From the human T2T-CHM13v2.0 reference genome, Homo sapiens: a stretch of DNA of 64,000 bases. Under the pieces are notes generated by a model. That model saw only the letters and a list, made by a program, of their open reading frames with translations. It had not been told where the DNA came from and did not search any database. Made by a program: the position numbers and the translations under genes. Positions 53,970 through 64,000 of the stretch are shown here, piece after piece. The number at the start of each line of letters is the position of its first letter. Within the stretch, counting starts at the first letter, position 1. The stretch lies in the NCBI RefSeq assembly GCF_009914755.1, contig NC_060934.1. The stretch is one strand, 5' to 3'.

Positions 53970-54323
53970 TTTATTAGTTTTTTTTTATGGCTGCTGTAAC
54001 AAACTACTACAAACTTAGTGGTTTAAAACAACACACATTTCTTTTTTTAAGTTCTGAAGGCCAGAAGTCTGAAATCCATTTTTGGGGGCTAAAGTCAAGG
54101 TGCTGGCAGGGCTGGTTCCTTCTGGAGACTTTAGGGTAGCATTAATTGCCTTGTTTTTTTTTTGTTTTTGTTGTTTTTTGGTTTTTGTTTTTTTTTTCTT
54201 CTAGCTGTTGGAGGCTACTTGCATTCTGTGGCTCTTGACCCTTTCCTTGAGCAATTTCATTCATAACATTCATAAATTCTGGGGATTTGGATGTAAGTAT
54301 TTTTGCCTTTATTCAGCCTACCA
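53970..54323 (-). mobile_element. Internally deleted MLT1C/D-like LTR within an L2 3' end (L2 ~53640-54425, + strand)
   Basis: 'ggctgctgtaacaaactactacaaacttagtggtttaaaacaacac...ggccagaagtctgaaat...caaggtgctggcagggctggttccttctggag'. Confidence 0.75.
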
Positions 54324-54529
54324 TGGAAATATAAACTTCACAAGGGTTGGAATTATTTCTTTCTTGTTCACAATTGAATCCCTAGTGTACAGTCCATAGT
54401 GGTGCTTAAGTATTTGTGGAATGAGCATTTCATCTGTAGGCCAGCAAGACACTTATTGCATGTTGTCACAGAGGTTTACTCAGTAAGTGTCGTTTTAGAA
54501 GGAAGAAAAGTGACTGAACAAAACATGAT

Positions 54530-54775
54530 AGGAACTAACTGAGCACCTAAAATGCACTAGGCATTGAACCAGGAGTTTTACATTATTCTTTTCTTTAGTT
54601 TTCACAAAAACCTTCAGAAGTGCATATTCTCATAATCATTTTGTAGATGAAGAAACTGATGTTCAGAGAGAATGGCAGACACTTTCACAAGTTCATAAAA
54701 CTGGTTCATGGAAAAGTTAGAATTTAAATGCAGGCTCATCTGAGCCCAGAGTTTATTGTCCTTTCATTATTTCAT
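54530..54775 (-). mobile_element. MIR SINE
   Basis: 'cattttgtagatgaagaaactgatgttcagagag'. Confidence 0.75.
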
Positions 54776-54888
54776 GCCAATAAAGGAAATGGCTGAAACA
54801 TAAGAGCTTCTGTTAGAGAGAAGGCTCTCCTTATATTAGCTAAAAGATACATTATTCTTTGAGTCTGTGACTATTTCATATTTTTTGA

Positions 54889-55323
<435 letters not shown>

Positions 55324-55644
55324 TAAATGTCTAAATTTTTCTATCAAATGATGTTCCTTTAGCAGAAATGTTCCCAGGTGGTTTGCATTTGGGAAACTAA
55401 AAGACTTTTTCGTGCAGATCAGCAAGGCAGTCATGAATGGATCATTGAGGAACAGATGGTAGGAGCCTAGTTCAATACCCTTGTCATGTGCGAGTACTGC
55501 CTTTTGTAAGAACAGTGACAATATCCCATCTGCTTGCCTGACAGCCACAACTCAAATGAGACCCCTCTCGGAACCCTGCCTGTTTGGTCAAGCACCTTTC
55601 TAACAAATAAGAGCACCCTCTGACTCCTCAGGGAAAAAAAAAAA

Positions 55645-55669
55645 GAGCGAGAGAGAGAGAGAGAGAGAG
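55645..55669. repeat. (GA)n microsatellite
   Basis: Read directly. Confidence 0.85.
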
Positions 55670-55699
55670 TTGCCAAAACATCCCCCCAGAGTTTTTAAA

Positions 55700-56600
55700 T
55701 TTAAAATATTTTCATTTTAAAATAGCATGTTTTCTCTGATTATAAGAGTAGAACATGTTCATTATTAAGAGAATTAGAATATAGTTGTTTAATATCCTGG
55801 TAAACAGTTTTCTTAATTTTTTCCTACATATACAGAAACATACATCCATATAGAATTTTCATAAAAATGAGATACTACTCTTCATAGTGAGTTTGAAACT
55901 TGCTTTTTATTTAACAATATATAGTCATATCTATCTAAGTAGGTTTATATAGATTTGTTGTAAATTTTTGATAGTATGGATGTACTATAACTTATTTATC
56001 CTTTCCCTATTGTGAGCACTTTGCTTCCATTGTTTTCATTAAATAAACATAATAATCAATCTCCTTTTACATAGATCTTTCTACAGATGGTCTTTCAAAT
56101 CAAGTCAGCAAATATTTCTTTATTCCAGATGATGGAGGTATGTGCATGATTAAGAGAGACCATGTCGCTGTCCCAATAGGCTTAGAGGAGAGGGATGAAA
56201 TTAGCTGTTAAATAAGTAATTAAAAGCATGATGAAGTAATTAAAAGGATGATGAAAGAAAAATTAAAAGTGACATGGGAATGTATAGTGAATAGATTTTG
56301 CTTCATGCTGGGGAGGGGCCGAGTGGGGGGCGGTCAGCCTGTCATAGGACAAGTTGTTTAAACAGACATTTGAAGGATTAGCGAAGGTTTGTAGATGAAG
56401 TTAATCTAGGGGAATTGGATTCTTCAGGTAGAATGAACAGCTTGTCAAAGGCCAGAATCAGAGAAGGCATGACATGTTATAACTGCAATGAAGGCTAGCA
56501 TGTAGTGAGTAGGGAGAGGCACAGAATGATGCTTACAAGTTAGGGACAGACTAGATTTTGTGAAGGGACTATTAGGGGTATAGTAAAGGATTTTTTTTTG
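55700..56600 (-). mobile_element. L1ME 3' fragment (~55700-56080) followed by an L2 fragment (~56100-56600)
   Basis: 'tagtatggatgtactataacttatttatcctttccctattg'; 'ggtagaatgaacagcttgtcaaaggccaga'. Confidence 0.55.
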
Positions 56601-57232
56601 AAATTATCTTATTTCCTTTGCTCCTTAAAATTCTGTTGAACTCTGCCCTCTAATAATTTTTCATAGGTTTTAGATAACCCTAAATACAATCTTTAGACTT
56701 TGTGCCCAAGTACAAAAGGAATCATAGATGCAGATTATAAATGAATGTAAAATAAGTTACAGTTTTTATAATTTTATACTGTCTTGTTGGACAAAGGGGG
56801 TTGATTACTGATGTAATCAATTGTTGATGCTTACTAATATGATGTATACGATTTCTGAACAAGATGGCAAAAGATGTAAGAACCTAAAAAATATTATGTA
56901 TAGATTTTATACGAATGTATACACATAAAAGTACAAGTCATGAATAGAAAACACATGTTGTCATAATAATAGTTACCATTAAAGAGTAACTGCTAGGTGC
57001 CTGGAACTTTATTTAACAAATTTTTCTTTCTTTTTTTTTTAATTTATAGAATCTTATTTTATTTTTGACATATTTAATCATCCTTTGGCAACATTTCTTA
57101 CCAAGTATAAAAGTGAAAAGTTCTGTTTATTTGCATTATTGAAATCCAGTGGCTTTCAAATATGGAATAGTTCAATAACTTCCAGAATTCTAGAATTGGA
57201 GGTGATATAAAGAAGTTTGAAAAAGGAAATTC

Positions 57233-57845
<613 letters not shown>

Positions 57846-58004
57846 AAGAGAGACAGAGAGAGAGAGAATGAAGATTAAACACAGAGCAACTCTGGTCCTG
57901 ATAGCTTTCCATTTTCCATGATGTCCATTGGAATTCTGGCTTCAGTCTTTGACTTCTGTGAGATTTATATACTTTTTTAAAAAAAAAATATATATATATA
58001 TATA

Positions 58005-58351
58005 TTTATTATACTTTAAGTTCTAAGGTACATGTGCACAACGTACAGGTTTGTTACATATGTATACATGTGCCATGTTGGTGTGCTGCACCCATTAACT
58101 CATCATTTACATTAGGTATATTTCCTAATGCTATCCCTCCCCCCTCCCCCCACCCCACAACAGGCCCCGGTGTGTGATGTTCCCCTTCCTGTGTCCAAGT
58201 GTTCTCATTGTTCAATTCCCACCTATGAGTGAGAACATGTGGTGTTTGGTTGTTTGTCCTTGTGATAGTTTGCTCAGAATTATGGTTTCCAGCTTCATCC
58301 TTGTCCCTACAAAGGACATGAACTCATCATTTTTTATGGCTGCATAGTATT
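58005..58351 (-). mobile_element. L1PA4/5-like 3' end
   Basis: 'ggtacatgtgcacaacg...gccatgttggtgtgctgcacccattaactc...ccctccccctccccccacccc'. Confidence 0.9.
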
Positions 58352-58354
58352 TGA

Positions 58355-59070
58355 TATTAAAGGATTTTAAGCAGAGGAATAACATGGTCACTCTGAATTT
58401 AAAATTTTACTTATGAAATTGATAGTAATCGATGATTAGTTGTTGAGCATGAAAGAGAAGGAAGAATCAAGTGAGAATCTCAAATTTCTGGTGCAAGCAA
58501 TGAAGTGCCATTCACTCTGTTTCTTGGTAGAGAAGTTGCTTTGAGGGGGGAAGTTGTTATCAGTTTAGGACATGTTGATTTTGAGTTACTTCTAGGTCTC
58601 AAAATGGAGATGTCTATAGATAGTAAAACATATAGCTTGGCAGCTCATGTGAGATGACTGACCTAGAGTTACAGCTTTTTGAGTCATAAACATATAGATG
58701 GTAACTAAAACCATGGGAGAAAATGGGATCACTTAAAAACCGTAGGATGAGGACCAGGTCAGACAGCCGAGAAATTCCTATAATGGAAGATGGTAAAGGG
58801 GAGATGAGTTGGTACTGAGGAAAAGTACTTTAAAAAACAGGAGCAAAACTAGAGAATGTGGGTCACAGAAAGCAAGAGAAAAAATATTGCTCTGGATGGA
58901 GAAAGTGGTGAATTTTGTTAAAATGCCAATGCAAGTTAAATGATGTTGGAAGTGAGAAGTGTGAATTTAGTGTCATGGAGACCATTGGTGACCTTAGAGA
59001 GAATAGTTTTGGAGGAGTTCCACGGATGGCAGGGGGCAATAGAATAAGGAGGTTAAAAATGTGGGGAAGG
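58355..59070 (-). mobile_element. L2 fragment
   Basis: 'ggattttaagcagaggaataacatggtca', 'cagtttaggacatgttgattttgag', 'ccattggtgaccttagagagaatagtttt'. Confidence 0.7.
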
Positions 59071-59222
59071 TGTATGATACACTCTTTAGGTTGTAATTCA
59101 AGTAGTGGAATTGACAGGTCAAAGTTATGTAATAAAAATTTTTAAATATTTTGCCTACTTGCCTTTCAGAAAGTTTTTTTTAAAATAAATTTATAGTCTT
59201 CCCTACAGTTTTGGAAGTACTA

Positions 59223-59628
<406 letters not shown>

Positions 59629-60829
59629 CTAATTGATATTTAATTTGTATTTGTTTGTTAGTGAGGCTGAACATCTTTTCATGTTTTTTGACTACATTTA
59701 GTCCTTTTATGAATAATTCTTCATATACCTTGTCCATTTTTCTGTTGTGGCTTAGATTTTTAATAAATTGATTCATAAGATCTTTATGTCTTGATGTTTT
59801 TAATTTGATGTTTTCATATATGATAATATTTTTTCCTGTTAATCTTTTTTCTCTGTTCTTTTTCATATATAAGTTTTTTAAAGTTTCATGTATAAAATCT
59901 AATTATATTTTTCATTATGCTTTCTGTCTTTGATGTTTTGTTTAGAATGGCCTTTCCACTTCTAGTCTATATACATATTCATTAAATTTTCATCTTTTAT
60001 GTTTTTTTATTTTTTATTCTAATTTTTAATTCACATGGAACTCACTTTGTTGTAACATCTTAGATGGGAATTCAGTTTTATTTGTTTCTAGTAACTAGCT
60101 GATTATCTCAACATGTTCCATACTAATTTAGAGTTGGAGTCTGAAGAATTAATAGAATTTTGTAGGTGAAAGGATTGGAATGAGAAGATTATTTCAGGTA
60201 GAGAAAATAGTATGTGCAAATGCCCTGAGGTGGGAGAGTGCATGGTGATGTCAAGAGTTTCTAAAAAGAGAGTAGTGTTATATGAAATTCGAAAAGTGGG
60301 TGTGGAGCTGGTATTTTAGGCCCTATTAAAAATTTAATTTTTGTTCCAGGACAGCAGAAAGTCATTGAAAATGAAGAGAGTTAATAAAACAAAAGAAAAG
60401 AGGACAGATGGTGGGATGCTTGGTTAATGATTGAGTGGTAGAATAGTTTTTATGATAACAAAGTCTCATGGTAATGAAACTAATTGGCTAAGGTTTGAGA
60501 AAAGTTGTTGAGGATGAAAAGATTAAAGAATAAGGGCACTGGATACGTTGTACAAGTGCGTATCATAGGCAATCAGGATTCTAAAAGGACTTGATTTGGG
60601 GAAGAAGGCACTGAGCCAGGTGTGTTTTGTAGTATATTACATTGTTATGTTAATTATACTAAAATATACTATATTAAGCAGAGGAAAATAGCCAAATGTT
60701 ATAGTTTTAAAACTTTACTCACCAATGAGAAAGAAACAACTATTTTGCTCATGTCATGGAATTCTCATTATGCTCAGGGACTTGTCAACTCTGGAAGAAA
60801 GAATATGTTGCCGTTCACCTGAAGGAGAC

Positions 60830-61050
60830 AGTGTAGTATTGACAACAGTAGACTGTGGAATAAGACAAGTCTGGATTTGAATGCTGATGACATGGGGTAA
60901 TTAACCTCACCCCTTTAAGCCTCAAGTTTTGAATCATTCACATAGGATTTCTAATGCCAATTTTATGAAAGTGCAGTCAGGATGAAATCAGATAAAATGT
61001 GTGACACATCAACCATAGTGCCTGGCATTTAACATGTGCTAAATAAATTG
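60830..61050 (+). mobile_element. MIR SINE
   Basis: 'gactgtggaataagacaagtctggatttgaat...catagtgcctggcatttaacatgtgctaaataaat'. Confidence 0.65.
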
Positions 61051-61559
61051 AAATTCTTCTCCTGTGAGAAATCCTATCTAGGGAAATACCAGTTGTAAGT
61101 AGGAACCTGTGAGCTGTCCCATTGGGTTTTGGTCGAAAAAACAGTTTTTCAAATTATAATTTTTTTGCAACGGAACAAGCAAATGAATAGTTTGTCAAAG
61201 ATGGCAAGATGCTTTACTTCTTAAATTCCTTTATAATATGGAAACTTAATTCCATTCTGTGGTGATTATAGTTCAGTCTCTGAAGATAATTGCACCTAAT
61301 TGTGATCTTGTTACGAATAACTTTGTAGAGAGAAATGCAGCTAAACAATGAGGTTGATTACCTGAGGTTTACAGCATTCAGAGAAATGACAAAAATAGGG
61401 CAGAGTCCTTGGCTGAATATTGATTAGTGAATAAAAACTAGGGTATTCTTTGAGATTTAAGAAGTGTACTTTTCTTTCAGCTCCTGTGAGAACTAGGCAA
61501 ATTAGTGGCAATCTTGCCCACTTGGGGGTAGACAATATTGTTTTTACTAGTTAGTAATG

Positions 61560-61770
61560 TTAAGTACAATTTATTGTGTGTCTACTATGTCCCAGAAGCT
61601 TTCCAAGCACTGAACAAATTTATAATTGCTTTTTTCCCCCCATTCTCCAGATGAAAAAGCTGAGGCTGGGAGAAATAAAGTGATTCATCCACGGTTAATG
61701 GCAGAGTCGGAATTTGAACCCATGTTGGTCTTTAAAGCCTGAGTCTACCTCCTGTGTTATTCTGCCTCCA
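61560..61770 (-). mobile_element. MIR SINE
   Basis: 'cccattctccagatgaaaaagctgaggctgggaga...tggcagagtcggaatttgaaccca'. Confidence 0.7.
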
Positions 61771-61855
61771 GGCAAAGCTCTGGGAGGCGTAGGTGTTACA
61801 TTTCTGGACTATTCTAAAAGGAACATAGATAACAAAATGTCTTAGGAAGCTGATT

Positions 61856-62187
61856 TACTTAGGGTTCTGAAAAGAACTGAACCAAGAGGTTTATTATAAG
61901 GAATTAGCTTACACAATTACAAAGGCTGGCACGTCCCAAATCTGCTTTGTGGGCTGGCAAACTGGATACCCAGAAAAGCTATGCAGCAGATGAAGCCTGA
62001 GGTAGTTTGCTGGAGAATTCCCTCTTGCTCAGGGATATTGGGTTTTTTGTTCTATTCAGGCCTTCAACTGATTGGATGAGACCCACTCACATTATGGAAG
62101 GCAATCTGCTGTTCAAAGTCCATGGACTAATATGTTAATCTCATCCCAAAACACCCACCAAGTTGACACATAGAATTAAACATCACA
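61856..62187 (-). mobile_element. MLT2C/D-like ERVL LTR
   Basis: 'ttcaggccttcaactgattggatgagacccactcacattatggaaggcaatctgct...aagttgacacatagaattaaacatcaca'. Confidence 0.85.
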
Positions 62188-62489
62188 GAAACTTTGAAGA
62201 GTCTGCATTTAAAAGTCAGTTCTCCAGAAGGTGGAATTTAACAGGCAATTACATAGTTTTCTACCTTAATAATTAGCAGAGCCCACTTAATGGAACTGAA
62301 GGAAGAGTACAGTATGTTAGATGATGCTATAACTGTTAAGGATAAACTGTAATTCCTAGATTCATAGCAGATAAAATTCTAACTATAAAAATCCAACCTC
62401 TGAGCTTTGGTTTGAAAAACTACCACTCTAGGTATAGCAACTGTCACTGCAGGCTTATCTTTGTAATAATGATAATAATGATACATAGT

Positions 62490-62710
62490 GGTAGTAACAA
62501 TAGTTAACAGTTATTGGCTGCTTCTTGTAAGCCAGACATAGCTTCTGTTGTTTTCATGTGTTACTCTTGTTTAATTGTCTCAGCACTAGGAAGAAGGGAC
62601 TATTACTACTCTTATATGCCTTCTATTCTATGTATGGAAACAGAGTCTCAGAGAGGTTAGAAAGTTAGCCACAGTAAGGCAGACAGTAAACAGCGGATCC
62701 AGAATTCAAA
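62490..62710 (-). mobile_element. MIR SINE
   Basis: 'ggaaacagagtctcagagaggttagaaagttagcc'. Confidence 0.65.
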
Positions 62711-63109
62711 GAAATACAGAATGTTTTCAGCACATGCTACACATAACGGAGATTTGGGGCACCAAAGTCCATTTGCCCTCAAATCTCTCACCATTACTTG
62801 TCACAGTGTCTGAAGTTGTCACCATTAGAAGGATCAAATAATTGGAAAACCAAATCATCAACACTAATTGTGTGTCAGCACTCATGAAGTTTCTGGGGGG
62901 TATAGAAAGAATGATGAACTGGACTCCTTACCTTGAAAGAACTAGCAGTCTTGTTGGAGAACCTTGAATAGACCCAAAAGGAAGAAATACTTGGGGCTGA
63001 ATTGCCTCCACACATTTGATATATTGTTTTCTTGTATTTAGGGGGTGGGAATTCTTACTTTTTGTTTGTTTTGTTCTTTAGCTTAACTTAGTTTTGTTTT
63101 TTGTTGTTA

Positions 63110-64000
63110 ACTGTGGTAAGGATGCTTAATATGAGATCTTAACAGATTTTTAATTGTATAATATACTATTGTTAACTTAGATACAATATTGTACAGCAAA
63201 TGTCTAGAATTTATTCATCTTGCATAACTGATACATTATACCCATCACTGCCTCCCTAGTATCCTTTTCTTCCAGGACTTGACAATCACCATTCAACTCT
63301 CTGTTTCTATGGATTTGACTATTTTAGAGACCTCATATAACTAGAATTATACAATATTTGTCCTGTGACTAGCTTATTTCACTTAGCATAAGTCCTCAAG
63401 GTTCATCATGTTAAATATTACAGAATTTCCTTCTTTTAAAGGCTGAATAATATTCCATTTTATGTATTTATCACATTTTATTTATTCATTCATCCACTGG
63501 TGGACATTTAAGTTGTTTCTACATCTTGGCTGTAGTAAATAATGCTGCAATGTACATGGGTGTGCAGATGTCTTGTCAAGATCCTGATGTCAATTCTTAG
63601 TAAATTCCCAGAAATGGGATTGCTGGAGCATATGGTACTTCTGTTTTTAAGTTAAGTTTTTGAGGAATCTCCACACTGTTTTCCATAGCAGATGTACTGT
63701 TTTACATTTCCACTTATGTTGTGCAAGAGTTCCAATTCCTCCACATCCTTGCCAATATTCTTTGTCTTTTGTATTTTTGATAATAGCTATTCTAACAGGT
63801 ATGAAGTGATATCTCATTGTGGTTTAGATTTATATTTTTTGGATTGGTGAAATATCTTTTTAGATACCTGTTGTCCATTTGTATGTCTTCTTTGGAGAAA
63901 TGTCTATTTAAGTATTTACCCTATTTTAAAATCGGTTTATTAGTTTTTTTTTTTTTTTTGCTAATGAATTGCAAACATATAAGTTTCTCATATATTTTGG
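63110..64000 (-). mobile_element. L1MA (L1MA7-9-like) 3' end, running off the window
   Basis: 'attgtacagcaaatgtctagaatttattcatcttgcataactga...cttatttcacttagcataa...gtatgtcttctttggagaaatgtctatt'. Confidence 0.88.

Overview
This is primate genomic DNA, almost certainly human: it carries a full-length Alu with the diagnostic positions of the human-specific AluYg6 subfamily. It is AT-rich, CpG-poor and dominated by interspersed repeats (L1, L2, MIR, Alu, ERV1/ERVL/MaLR LTRs, DNA-transposon fossils). I found no spliced protein-coding gene, RNA gene or CRISPR array. The only gene-derived sequence is a processed retrocopy of SNRPD2 (Sm-D2) at 32174-32696, with a 16-bp target-site duplication (TSD) and poly(A). 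Its 117-codon ORF is still open, but two key RNA-binding residues are substituted, an out-of-frame upstream ATG overlaps the start, and a sense MaLR LTR lies 168 bp upstream. The most unusual structure is a 2.3-kb AT-rich tract at ~49.8-52.1 kb. It contains a ~1.4-kb nested inverted repeat, 11 copies of an E-box-bearing 18-mer in both orientations and a 32-bp VNTR. Other oddities are a 189-bp non-tandem templated duplication, two independent fold-back mutations at the same Alu motif, and a perfect AP-1 palindrome overlapping a nuclear-receptor site. Almost all ORFs in the supplied track are repeat-derived or chance. Subfamily names come from recalled consensus sequences, and boundaries of old repeats are approximate. 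I do not see evidence for a new multi-gene system; the findings are candidates for testing.
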